NCBI GenBank assembly: GCA_031421935.1
Contig: JANOPQ010000171.1
Coordinates: 1 to 63,964 of the forward strand
Direction: 5' to 3'
From: Bacteroidota bacterium
GTDB lineage: Bacteria > Bacteroidota > Bacteroidia > AKYH767-A > OLB10
DNA: 63,964 nt
A program made the position numbers and the translations under genes. The notes below the pieces were generated by a model. The model saw nothing but the letters and a program-made list of their open reading frames with translations, had not been told where the DNA came from and searched no databases. Shown piece by piece: positions 15,987 through 25,791 of the stretch (positions are counted from its first letter, which is position 1; each line of letters starts with the position of its first letter).

Positions 15987-17831
15987 TTAGTTCTCGTCTT
16001 TCTTTTCAGAACCTTCCAATGAAGTTTTAAGAGCAGCTAAAGATGCGATATCTCCAAGAGTAGATTTCTCCTGATTATCCTTAATCTTCTTCACAGCTTT
16101 TGCTGTTGTACCTGCTTCTTTTTCACGCTCACCCGACTCTGCTTTCTTTGTTTCTTGTGCTTTTTCATCGAAGATGCGAGTATGAGAAACTACAATTCTG
16201 CGGTTTTCCTTGTTGAATTCAATTACTTTGAAATCTAACGTATCGTGCTCTTTCGCAACCGTACCATCTTCCTTCGTTAACTGACGGTAAGGAGCAAATG
16301 CTTCAACACCATAAGTAGTAAAGATTACAGCAGCACCTTTATCGGTAACTTTTCCAATCACACCACTGTGAAGACTATTCATTGAGAACAAACCTTCGTA
16401 AGTATCCCAAGGGTTATCTTCTAATTGCTTGTGACCAAGACTTAGACGACGGTTTTCAACGTCCACTTCTAATACGATTACATCTAACTCTTCTCCAATT
16501 TTAGTGAATTCAGCAGGATGCTTAATTTTCTTGTTCCAGCTTAAATCACTGATGTGAATTAATCCATCAACCCCTTCTTCTAACTCAACAAACACTCCGA
16601 AATTAGTGAAGTTACGCACCTTCGCTTTGTGCTTAGAAGACACAGGATACTTGGTTAAAATTTCACCCCAAGGATCAGGAGTAAGTTGCTTCAATCCTAA
16701 TGACATTTTATGTTCATCACGATCAATACTTAAGACAACAGTTTCCACTTCATCACCCACTTTCAAGAAATCTTGTGGGCTACGTAAGTGTTGCGACCAT
16801 GACATTTCAGAAACGTGAATCAAACCTTCTACTCCAGGAATGATTTCAACGAATGCACCGTAGTCAGTTAAAACTACTACTTTACCTTTCACTTTATCAT
16901 TCGCATTTAAGTTTTGATCCAATGACTCCCATGGTTGAGCAGTCAATTGTTTTAAACCAAGAGCAATTCTCTTCTTCTCTTCATCAAAATCAAGAATAAC
17001 CACATTGATACGATCATCTAATTTCAACACCTCTTCTGGATGGTTAATACGTCCCCAGCTAATATCTGTGATATGCAATAAGCCATCAACACCACCTAAG
17101 TCCATGAAGACACCATAAGACGTAATGTTCTTAACAGTTCCTTCAAGTACCTGGCCTTTCTCCAGCTTACTCATGATTTCTACTTTTTGCTTCTCCAATT
17201 CGTTTTCGATCAACACCTTGTGCGATACAACAACGTTCTTGAACTCTTGATTGATTTTCACAATCTTAAATTCCATCGTTTTTCCAACGTAAACGTCGTA
17301 ATCACGAATCGGCTTCACATCAATTTGTGAACCTGGTAAGAAAGCTTCAATTCCGAATACATCCACGATCAATCCGCCTTTGGTGCGGCATTTCACGAAA
17401 CCAGTTACGATTTCATCTTTCTCGAGTGATCCATTCACACGATCCCATGATTTCATGGCGCGTGCTTTTTTATGAGAGAGAATCAGCTGACCGTTTTTGT
17501 CTTCTGCTGTCTCTACATAAACTTCAACCGTATCCCCGATTTTTAAATCAGGCATGTGGCGGAATTCAGTTAATGGTACTAAACCATCACTTTTGTAACC
17601 GATATTGATTACCGCTTCTTTGCTCGTAAGACCAATGATTGATCCCGAAACAATTTCACGTTCCAATACCGCGTTAAGCGTTGTGTCATACAAAGCTTCA
17701 AGCTTTACGCGCTCATCTGTTTTGTATGAGTCGAAAGCTTTACCTGAATTGTCCCAATCGAAATCGTTAGGATCAGGCGTTGCAAAGTTTACTTTAGAGC
17801 TATGCTCCGATGTATTTGTAGTTGTTGCCAT
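15987..17831 (-). CDS. rpsA: 30S ribosomal protein S1
   Basis: 614 aa with six S1 (OB-fold) repeats, seen as recurring G.V..V...GAFV/G.GL.H.S motifs. Confidence 0.95.
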   Translation of the reverse strand: MATTTNTSEHSSKVNFATPDPNDFDWDNSGKAFDSYKTDERVKLEALYDTTLNAVLEREIVSGSIIGLTSKEAVINIGYKSDGLVPLTEFRHMPDLKIGDTVEVYVETAEDKNGQLILSHKKARAMKSWDRVNGSLEKDEIVTGFVKCRTKGGLIVDVFGIEAFLPGSQIDVKPIRDYDVYVGKTMEFKIVKINQEFKNVVVSHKVLIENELEKQKVEIMSKLEKGQVLEGTVKNITSYGVFMDLGGVDGLLHITDISWGRINHPEEVLKLDDRINVVILDFDEEKKRIALGLKQLTAQPWESLDQNLNANDKVKGKVVVLTDYGAFVEIIPGVEGLIHVSEMSWSQHLRSPQDFLKVGDEVETVVLSIDRDEHKMSLGLKQLTPDPWGEILTKYPVSSKHKAKVRNFTNFGVFVELEEGVDGLIHISDLSWNKKIKHPAEFTKIGEELDVIVLEVDVENRRLSLGHKQLEDNPWDTYEGLFSMNSLHSGVIGKVTDKGAAVIFTTYGVEAFAPYRQLTKEDGTVAKEHDTLDFKVIEFNKENRRIVVSHTRIFDEKAQETKKAESGEREKEAGTTAKAVKKIKDNQEKSTLGDIASLAALKTSLEGSEKKDEN

Positions 17832-17843
17832 TTATACAATAGA

Positions 17844-17882
17844 CTTCCAGCAGGAATGGCCTGCGGAAGGGTTGCAAAGTTA
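17844..17882 (-). promoter_or_regulatory. rpsA promoter -7 box and 5' leader hairpin
   Basis: On the minus strand TAACTTTG lies at 17882..17875. The leader then forms CTTCCGCAGG / CCTGCTGGAAG (17869..17844), a 10-bp stem with one bulged base, ending 13 nt before the ATG. Confidence 0.45.
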
Positions 17883-18091
17883 AGTAAACTTATCAAAAGT
17901 GCAAATAAATAAATGAATTGATATTCAAGATAATATGGCAAACGAAGTTAGGAAAAGCAATCGATTTTAAGCGGTTTAGTCCTAAAACGGAAGCATCGTT
18001 TTACAAAGAAATGGATTTTTTTCAAAAATAGTAAATGCAATGCGTCCCTACTCAATTTTATTAATTTTCGCGAATTCTTTTGCTTTAGAAA

Positions 18092-19666
18092 CTAATTAGG
18101 CTGAATAAATACTTTTTCATTGATTTGATGATCTTTGAACTGCAAGGAAACAATATAAATTCCCATGGGTAAGTCAGCCAAACTTTGAGCATTGTTGGGG
18201 TGATTTATTTGTTGAATCAATCTTCCATCCGTACTGAAGATGTCTATTCTTTCAGGTGTATCTATGAAATGAAGTGCATTATTGTTGAATTCAAATTCAC
18301 GTATACACGAAGTGACATTTACCACTAATAATTTCTTGCTACTGGTTCCGCATGCATTGGTAGAACCCACTTTTAGAGAGCATGCTTGAGCAATAGCACC
18401 TGAGTTTACAAGAACATTCGTCGTTCCTTGGCCTGACACTAAACTTAAGCCTGAAGGTACAGTCCATGCGTAGGATGTAGCCTGAGCTACAGCAGTGATG
18501 GAATAACTCAAATTGATACTGTTGATACAAGGACTAACCGGACCTGAGATTGCTCCGGGGACAGCAGGTTTTGAAGAGATGGATTTAGATTTTTCTACAC
18601 TTGCTCCACAACCATTTTGTGCTTTTACATAAATTTTGGCATTGGCAAAATTGGAAGGGAAGGTGAGACTCACGGAGGGATTGGTAGTGGTTACAGGTCC
18701 CACTAATCCATTCAACGTGGCTCCTACTATATCCGTTCTCCAAACATAACTGGAAGCACCACTCACTGTTGCCACAGAATATGTTTTTGTACTTATTCCA
18801 CAATTATTATTGGCTGATCCAGATATACTTCCTGGAACTACTGGAACAGTCGAAACTGAAGTCACATTCAAGGAACCTGATGTGGTACTGCAAGCATTAA
18901 TTGCACTAACTTGAATTGTACCTGAAGTGCCATTAGATGTAGCGGCTATAGAAGTGCTGGTAGAAGCACCTGTCCAACCATTGGGAAGTGTCCATAAATA
19001 AGACGTAGCATTCGCGACCGGAGGAATCGAATAATTTACTTGTATTCCAGTACAAGCCGATGTGGGTCCTTGAATAGGTTGCACCGAGCCAGGAGGTTGA
19101 CATAACAATTCAGTTACTTGTTGACTTGCATTGTAGATGTAATCACCACTGGTAGAAACATCATCATTGGTTGCATTTCCTGCAAAATAAAATTTCACAG
19201 TTCCTGTTCCTGCTGGAGGTGCGGTCCAATTTACAATAAAGGATCTACTATCTAGACTATAGGTCCCGTTTAATACATGTGTTGCATTAATTCGGTTAAC
19301 TCCATTCACCACTTTGCCCAATAGCTTGGTAGCTGTTGGATCAATGATCGTAAGACTTCCTGCATTTTGATTCGAACTTGTTAAACACTCTAATCCAAAA
19401 CCGAATTTTGGTGCGCCCAATTGAGAAACAGTAACGGTGATGGGATAAGTTTGACCAGGAACATACTGCCAATTATTCATACCGAAATTCGAAATAGAAA
19501 TGGTTCCAGGCCCTGAATTTAAAGCAAAATCACCATGGCAAGATTGACAAGTTGATTCGCCAGGAGATCCCGTTTTACCAGCAATACCGGTTTGTTTGTA
19601 CATTGAACTAGTGAATACTATTATTGCACTAGGAATGAGGATGAATACCCATTTTCTCATATTCAA
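18092..19666 (-). CDS. T9SS-secreted protein with PKD-like repeats and a type A sorting domain
   Basis: Signal peptide present. There are three repeats containing ATSYLWTLPNGW / ASSYVWRT / ATSYAWTVPSGL. The C-terminus IDIFSTDGRLIQ...LPMGIYIVSLQF...VFIQPN is a Por secretion tail. Confidence 0.75.
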   Translation of the reverse strand: MNMRKWVFILIPSAIIVFTSSMYKQTGIAGKTGSPGESTCQSCHGDFALNSGPGTISISNFGMNNWQYVPGQTYPITVTVSQLGAPKFGFGLECLTSSNQNAGSLTIIDPTATKLLGKVVNGVNRINATHVLNGTYSLDSRSFIVNWTAPPAGTGTVKFYFAGNATNDDVSTSGDYIYNASQQVTELLCQPPGSVQPIQGPTSACTGIQVNYSIPPVANATSYLWTLPNGWTGASTSTSIAATSNGTSGTIQVSAINACSTTSGSLNVTSVSTVPVVPGSISGSANNNCGISTKTYSVATVSGASSYVWRTDIVGATLNGLVGPVTTTNPSVSLTFPSNFANAKIYVKAQNGCGASVEKSKSISSKPAVPGAISGPVSPCINSINLSYSITAVAQATSYAWTVPSGLSLVSGQGTTNVLVNSGAIAQACSLKVGSTNACGTSSKKLLVVNVTSCIREFEFNNNALHFIDTPERIDIFSTDGRLIQQINHPNNAQSLADLPMGIYIVSLQFKDHQINEKVFIQPN

Positions 19667-19889
19667 AATATTTACTGCAATTTAGGATTTTAACAATTAG
19701 GCCAATAGCTACTTTGAAACTTTATTGAAATAATCCAATACTTTTAATGTTTCCTTTTGAAAAAGAGTATTTCGTTTGATGAGCACATCTCTCGGCTATG
19801 TTATCCAATGCAGTATTTACTACGATTTTATGAAAAGAAATCTGCCTTGCATTCATAATGAAAACAAGACTTTACGAGCCATTAGAAAA

Positions 19890-20783
19890 TCAATGATTCA
19901 ATACTAAGTTTTGGTTTCGAATAGCGGTAGCCACTTCTTCCATCAACCACATCGGAGTGGAGGTAGCACCTGCAATTCCAACGGATGATTTTCCTTCAAA
20001 CCAGGAAGCATCTAACTCACTAGGATTGGAAATAAAATAGCTTTCGTCGTTATGGGCTTTGCAAACAGAGTAAAGTGCTTTTCCATTCGAACTTTTTTTG
20101 CCACTCACAAAAATGATGACATCGTGTAATTGAGAAAATCTTTTAAGTTGAGGTTCGCGATTTGATACTTGACGACAAAGTGTATCATTACTTACAAAAT
20201 CTCCTTCTTCCAAAGATCCATTATGATGAATAAATTTCTCTTGAATTAAACGTTCCATCTTTTCAAAACCCAATGTACTTTTAGTAGTTTGCGAAAAGAA
20301 ATGGACGGGAAGTTTAAAATCGATTTTATCTAAATCTTCCTCTGAAAAAACAACAATGGCTTTTCCTTCGGTTTGTCCTACAAGTCCGTTTACTTCGGCA
20401 TGTCCGGGTTGACCATAAATCACAATTTGCCCACCATTTTCTACAATACCTTCAAAGCTTGTTTTAACACGGTACTGCAATTTCAAAACAACGGGACAAG
20501 AAGCGTCAATTAACTCAATATTATTTTTAATCGCCAATTGATACGTAGAAGGTGGTTCACCATGCGCACGAATCAACACTTTGCAATCTTTAAGCGTAGC
20601 TAAACGATCGTGATCGATAATTTCAAGTCCTTTTGCCTTTAAACGATCTACTTCTTCTCCATTATGCACTATGTCGCCGAGGCAGTAGAGCTTTCCATAT
20701 TGATCGAGTTCATCTTCGGCCATTTGGATGGCATACACCACACCAAAACAAAATCCAGAATTACTATCGATTTCTACGTTCAT
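19890..20783 (-). CDS. ispH: 4-hydroxy-3-methylbut-2-enyl diphosphate reductase
   Basis: 297 aa, LytB-like throughout (GFCFGV, AHGEPP, DASCP, FSQTT). A TACCTTTG -7 box lies at 20822..20815 (minus strand). Confidence 0.9.
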   Translation of the reverse strand: MNVEIDSNSGFCFGVVYAIQMAEDELDQYGKLYCLGDIVHNGEEVDRLKAKGLEIIDHDRLATLKDCKVLIRAHGEPPSTYQLAIKNNIELIDASCPVVLKLQYRVKTSFEGIVENGGQIVIYGQPGHAEVNGLVGQTEGKAIVVFSEEDLDKIDFKLPVHFFSQTTKSTLGFEKMERLIQEKFIHHNGSLEEGDFVSNDTLCRQVSNREPQLKRFSQLHDVIIFVSGKKSSNGKALYSVCKAHNDESYFISNPSELDASWFEGKSSVGIAGATSTPMWLMEEVATAIRNQNLVLNH

Positions 20784-20828
20784 GAGCTTCTAACTTTCAA
20801 GATATAACGAATTACAAAGGTAAATAGT

Positions 20829-21548
20829 TTAGGAAGTAGTGGAATTGGATAAAGCCAATTTTCGGACCGCTTCCATCACAAATTCTACTTGCTCTTCGTG
20901 GGTTAAATAGGTATTATCGAGAATAATAGCATCCTCCGCTTTTCTTAGGGGTGACTCTTCGCGATGTGAATCTTCGTAATCACGTCCTACTACATTTTGA
21001 ATAACGTCATCTAATAGCACATCAATACCTTTTGCTTTGAGTTCTTTATAGCGACGCTCGGAGCGAACCATCGGATCCGCTTTCATAAAAATCTTTAAAT
21101 CGGCATGTGGGAATACAGTAGTTCCAATATCACGTCCATCCATCACCAATCCACCATCATTTGCCGAATCTCTTTGCAACTTCACTAAATGGGCACGTAC
21201 CGATTTAATGGCGCTCACATGACTGACTTGCTCATTGATCTCCATCGTACGAATTTCATTTTCCACATTTCGTCCATTCAAATACACTTCACTGAATCCA
21301 GATTCTGGATTGAACTGAAATGAGATATTGATTTTTCGAAGAACATCGCTATAATCATATACATAATCATGCAACTCTTCCGGACCAGGAATAGGAATAT
21401 TGTTTTCGAGAAAATAAAGGGTGACTGCTCTGTACATTGCACCAGAGTCAATGTAATGGATTCCCAATTTTCGGGCTAAGCCTTTTGCGACCGTGCTTTT
21501 CCCACAAGAAGAGTAGCCGTCAATGGCAATAATTAAGCGTGAGCTCAT
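20829..21548 (-). CDS. cmk: cytidylate kinase
   Basis: The P-loop is IAIDGYSSCGKST. The start at ATG 21548 is supported by a TATCTTTG -7 box (21562..21555, minus strand) inside the longer track ORF. Confidence 0.9.
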   Translation of the reverse strand: MSSRLIIAIDGYSSCGKSTVAKGLARKLGIHYIDSGAMYRAVTLYFLENNIPIPGPEELHDYVYDYSDVLRKINISFQFNPESGFSEVYLNGRNVENEIRTMEINEQVSHVSAIKSVRAHLVKLQRDSANDGGLVMDGRDIGTTVFPHADLKIFMKADPMVRSERRYKELKAKGIDVLLDDVIQNVVGRDYEDSHREESPLRKAEDAIILDNTYLTHEEQVEFVMEAVRKLALSNSTTS

Positions 21549-21664
21549 CGAGAGCAAAGATAATGAATTCGCCTCGGATATTAAAATAATTCTATGAAAA
21601 AAAGGAGTAAAACTCAATGAATCTTACATCATCATTTTGTTACTAAATCGTTCTGTGTTGCTTA

Positions 21665-21694
21665 AAAAGTAAAAGGGATCTCATCAGAGACCCC
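21665..21694 (-). terminator. intrinsic terminator after the 123-aa CTD protein gene
   Basis: On the minus strand GGGGTCTC-TGAT-GAGATCCC forms 8 bp (one G-U), followed by TTTTACTTTTT. Confidence 0.6.
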
Positions 21695-21729
21695 ATTCAC
21701 CCAATCAAACCATAAAACACATCTTTTTC

Positions 21730-22101
21730 TCAACGAATTAATTCAATACGTTGATGAATTATTTTTTTGTCCGTTTCAATGGTGTAATAATATACACCCG
21801 GCAACATTTTTCGTCCATCTAATTCAAATTGATAAGTAGCACCTTTCTCTACTAAATCATCGAATATTTGACCCATCAATTTCCCTTGATTGGTATATAA
21901 CTTCACTTTTACAAAGGCATCTTCTCGAGCCGAATAAAAGATCGTTGTGTTTTCATTAAAAGGATTCGGATACGCTGAAGTTGAACCCTCTATAATCTGA
22001 ATCGACATTTTAGGAAGGTGAGGAACGCCATCTATTTCCGCTTTTACATGAAAAGAAAAAATAAATAATCCCGATAGTATCAAGTAGCTCGCCTTCGTCA
22101 T
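21730..22101 (-). CDS. minimal T9SS cargo: signal peptide plus sorting domain only
   Basis: 123 aa. The hydrophobic signal is followed almost immediately by YPNPFNENTTIFYSA...VKVKLYTNQGKLM...LPGVYYYTIETD...IELIR, a type A C-terminal domain. Confidence 0.65.
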   Translation of the reverse strand: MTKASYLILSGLFIFSFHVKAEIDGVPHLPKMSIQIIEGSTSAYPNPFNENTTIFYSAREDAFVKVKLYTNQGKLMGQIFDDLVEKGATYQFELDGRKMLPGVYYYTIETDKKIIHQRIELIR

Positions 22102-22207
22102 AATCCTTTATAGAGATCCAAAATACAAAGCTCGATCGACTTTTTGAATTGATTTTTGTGAATGTCAGTAATCCATACACGAAAAGCCTTAATTCAAAAG
22201 GGAAGTA

Positions 22208-23395
22208 CTATTGTCGGAAAGGGTTTCGCGGAATCCAGTCCATTTCATACTTCTCAGGAAGCATATGACAAGCAATACCATTCAATAAAGTGTTATTTAA
22301 CTTGATGTAAGCCTGATAGGTATGAACCACAGCACCTACAGTAGTTTTCATTTCTAAAGCAGTACGTCCAAAAGATATGAGTGGAGACTTGGCCAAAATA
22401 GCCATTTCGATATACGTATAAAGTATATTTTGATACAGGTTATGGCTCTTATTGTAATCATAATCAATACCAATATGATGCGCTTCAAAATGTTGATGGT
22501 CTTTAATGCCGGCCATAAAAGCAAGCAATTTCCCGTTTTCCAGTATTCCCTTAAACTCGATCTTAGATTTTAACCGTTTGGAGATAGAAATCAGGTAATC
22601 TGAATTATGCATGACAAGACGAACGGGACTTTTACTTTGAACAGCCAAGTACAATCGATCAACTTCTTCTTTTCTTTCGATGAGTTCATCTGTAGTCAAA
22701 ACGCGCATCTCACAACCCGCAATTTTTTTCTTCACTTGAACATACCGTTGTCGGTACTTAGAACTTAAATCAGCAACATAGTCGTCAAAGGACTTCCAAT
22801 GCGGACGAATGTCCATTTTCATGATGGGATCCATCACCAAGGGAGAGAATTTTTTTGCTTTTAGATGAGCGCCGTAGATGTCGTTTTCTAATGGATAATC
22901 TTTGGCGATTTCGGCCATCACTTTCCCTGTTTTCTCTAGCTCTTTTTTTACAAAGACAAAAGCTTCAGAAAGAAGTGTAGCAGCACTTACTTGGTTATTT
23001 CCAACAAACAAAATTCCATAATCGCCACTGAGATACATATTCCCACAAATTACCAAGTAATGCGGCTTGTCTTTTTTAACTCCAAAAAGCATTTTTTGAA
23101 CCAACATAGAAAGGCCTGAAATAATTTTACTGTATGGCTCAAAATTTACGATTTGTCCAAGCTGGTTACTCGACAAATTAATAATTTGAAAATAATACGC
23201 GGCTTTAATCTCCCCTTTTTCCTTCAAGCATACATACCTAAATGATAAAGCTGAAGGCGACGACTCTTCCATCGACAGTAAATACTCTTTCTCTAAAAAA
23301 AGAGAACGGTGCGGCGGCAATTCATTTTTAAACTCTGTAAAAGAGTTATAAATTTGGAAATCGGGAGTTGTAATCACTTTACTTTTTAGAAACAT
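22208..23395 (-). CDS. GNAT-fold / FemAB-like acyltransferase family protein (uncharacterised)
   Basis: 395 aa. The C-terminal half (FEAHHIGIDYDYNKSHNLYQNILYTYIEMAI...FGRTALEMKTTVGA) resembles DUF482/FemAB-like GNAT proteins from memory. Confidence 0.4.
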   Translation of the reverse strand: MFLKSKVITTPDFQIYNSFTEFKNELPPHRSLFLEKEYLLSMEESSPSALSFRYVCLKEKGEIKAAYYFQIINLSSNQLGQIVNFEPYSKIISGLSMLVQKMLFGVKKDKPHYLVICGNMYLSGDYGILFVGNNQVSAATLLSEAFVFVKKELEKTGKVMAEIAKDYPLENDIYGAHLKAKKFSPLVMDPIMKMDIRPHWKSFDDYVADLSSKYRQRYVQVKKKIAGCEMRVLTTDELIERKEEVDRLYLAVQSKSPVRLVMHNSDYLISISKRLKSKIEFKGILENGKLLAFMAGIKDHQHFEAHHIGIDYDYNKSHNLYQNILYTYIEMAILAKSPLISFGRTALEMKTTVGAVVHTYQAYIKLNNTLLNGIACHMLPEKYEMDWIPRNPFRQ

Positions 23396-23694
23396 GGAAT
23401 ATCAATATTCCTATGTGAACGATTGATACCTTTCTATATTTTATAAATACGAAGATAGTTAATATTCGATTTTGATAAATGTTGTTTTCCTAATCCTGAA
23501 ATTTTGATGGTAGAACTGGTTAATTTGTTTCCATCCTACTTATAAATTTTCAAATGCGATGCTAATCAGTCTCAATCCATTGTCAGCTAAAAGTCATCTC
23601 AAGTACCTATTTCTTCGATTAAGGTAAGACTAGATCATTGAATTATTCACTTTTATGTACTTTTACCCACCTATTAAATCGAATAAAAAATAGA

Positions 23695-25791
23695 ATGAAG
23701 AATATTATTTTAGTAGTAAGTTTAGTTTTACTTTCTTGGAGCAGTACTTGTGCGCAACTGCTTAACTATCCAAAAACTAAAAAAGTAGATCAGACGGATG
23801 ATTACCATGGCACCAAAGTAATAGATCCTTACCGTTGGCTGGAAGATGATCACTCCATGGAGACAAAGGGCTGGGTAATGCAGGAAAATGCAATAACAGA
23901 AAAATACATGAGTACTATTCCATTTCGAGATACCTTGAAAGCTCGAATGACGCAACTCTGGAAAATTATAAGTTATAGTGTTCCTTTTAAGTGTGGGAAA
24001 TCTTATTTTTATTATCGTCACGATGGGGTACAAAACCAACCTGTATTATTTTATTTGAAGAGTTTGGAATTTGTCCCCTACGCCTATTTTGATCCCAATA
24101 AAATTTCGGAAAAAGGAACTACTGCCATTACGCAAACAACACCTTCTCCTGATGGTAACTTTTTAGCTTTCCAAGTATCAGAAGCTGGAAGCGACTGGAA
24201 TGTAATTAGAGTTAAGGACGTGAAGACGCTGAAATCTTTGCCCGAAATTATTTCAGGCGTGAAGTTTAGTTCAGTAGCTTGGTATAAGAATGGATTCTAT
24301 TACAGTCGGTATGAAAAAAAAGGAACCTTAAATGCCATCAACGAATTCCATAGAATTTATTATCACACACTGAACACAAATCAAGATCAAGATGTTTTAG
24401 TGTGGGAAGATAAAGAACATCCACAAAGAAATTTTAGCGCTACGCTATCCGAAGATCAGCGATTTTTAATAATCTCAGGAAATGAATCCACCTCTGGAAA
24501 TTCAGTATATTTTCAAGATTTATTAAATCCTAATTCTAAACCAACTGCCATCGTGAAAGGATTTGATCATGATTTTGATTTTTTAGGAAACAATGGTGAT
24601 CGTTTGTTGTTTTTGACCAATTTCAAAGCGAGTAGAAACAAAATTATTTCCATCGACTCAAAAAAATTCACTGAAGCAAATTGGAAGGATTTAATTGCAG
24701 AGCAAAAAGATATTTTAAAATCAGCCTCCTTAGGATACAAAAATATCATCACTCATTATATGAAAGATGCAAGCAGTCATCTTTATGTTTTCGATATGAA
24801 CGGGTTGAAGCCGTATGAAATTCCGTTAACTGGATTTGGCACTATCGAATCCATTTCGGCCTCACCGTCGGACAGTAATATGTTTTTTAATTATACCACT
24901 TTCACCGCTCCATCCACTGTTTATCGTTATAATTTAAAAAATACTCGACTTGGTGTTCAGTTCAAATCAACCCTTCCTTATAAAGAAGACGATTTTGAAA
25001 CTAAACAAATATTTTATACGAGTAATGATGGAACAAAAATTCCAATGTTTCTTGTCCACAAAAAAGGTGTAGTTCCTAACGGTGACCTACCTACCCTATT
25101 ATTTGGTTATGGTGGATTTAACATTAGTAAGACGCCTGAATTTAAAGTAGAACGATTAGTATTTTTAGAACAAGGTGGCTTGCTTGCTGTGCCTAATCTT
25201 CGTGGAGGTGGCGAGTATGGAAGTGAATGGCACGAGGCAGGAACCAAGGAAAAAAAGCAAAATGTTTTTGATGATTTTATTGCTGCAGCAGAGTATCTTA
25301 TTAAAGAAAAATATACCAATTCAAATCGACTTGCCATTAGTGGCCGCTCAAACGGCGGATTGCTAGTAGGTGCCGTCATGACGCAACGTCCCGAACTATT
25401 TAAAGTAGCTTTACCAGCAGTGGGTGTGATGGATATGTTACGCTTTCAAAAATTCACCATTGGTTGGGCTTGGACAACCGACTTCGGCAGCAGCGAAAAT
25501 GCAGCGGAATTTAAAGCATTGTATAAATATTCTCCGCTACATAATATCAGATCAGGAGTAAATTATCCTGCAACCATGATTACAACGGCAGATCACGATG
25601 ATCGTGTTGTTCCAGGACACTCATTCAAGTTTGCCGCACAGCTACAAGAATATCATAAAGGCGAAAATCCCGTATTGATACGCGTGGATGTGGATGCAGG
25701 ACATGGCTCAGGGAAACCAACAGGAAAATTAATTGATGAACAAAGTGATATCTTCGCCTTTCTATTCTATAACTTGGGGATGAAATTATGA
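23695..25791 (+). CDS. prolyl oligopeptidase (S9A serine peptidase)
   Basis: N-terminus YPKTKKVDQTDDYHGTKVIDPYRWLED. The catalytic Ser is in GRSNGG, Asp in DHDDRV and His in GHGSG. I chose the start at ATG 23695, which begins the signal peptide MKNIILVVSLVLL. Confidence 0.9.
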   Translation: MKNIILVVSLVLLSWSSTCAQLLNYPKTKKVDQTDDYHGTKVIDPYRWLEDDHSMETKGWVMQENAITEKYMSTIPFRDTLKARMTQLWKIISYSVPFKCGKSYFYYRHDGVQNQPVLFYLKSLEFVPYAYFDPNKISEKGTTAITQTTPSPDGNFLAFQVSEAGSDWNVIRVKDVKTLKSLPEIISGVKFSSVAWYKNGFYYSRYEKKGTLNAINEFHRIYYHTLNTNQDQDVLVWEDKEHPQRNFSATLSEDQRFLIISGNESTSGNSVYFQDLLNPNSKPTAIVKGFDHDFDFLGNNGDRLLFLTNFKASRNKIISIDSKKFTEANWKDLIAEQKDILKSASLGYKNIITHYMKDASSHLYVFDMNGLKPYEIPLTGFGTIESISASPSDSNMFFNYTTFTAPSTVYRYNLKNTRLGVQFKSTLPYKEDDFETKQIFYTSNDGTKIPMFLVHKKGVVPNGDLPTLLFGYGGFNISKTPEFKVERLVFLEQGGLLAVPNLRGGGEYGSEWHEAGTKEKKQNVFDDFIAAAEYLIKEKYTNSNRLAISGRSNGGLLVGAVMTQRPELFKVALPAVGVMDMLRFQKFTIGWAWTTDFGSSENAAEFKALYKYSPLHNIRSGVNYPATMITTADHDDRVVPGHSFKFAAQLQEYHKGENPVLIRVDVDAGHGSGKPTGKLIDEQSDIFAFLFYNLGMKL

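Noticed and set aside
19535-19549. CxxCH motif (CQSCH) near the N-terminus of the PKD-repeat T9SS protein, considered as a c-type heme site
   Set aside because: It is a single motif in a GKTGSPGESTCQSCHG context, which I recall as a common N-terminal domain of Bacteroidota surface proteins. Sequence alone cannot support a cytochrome call.
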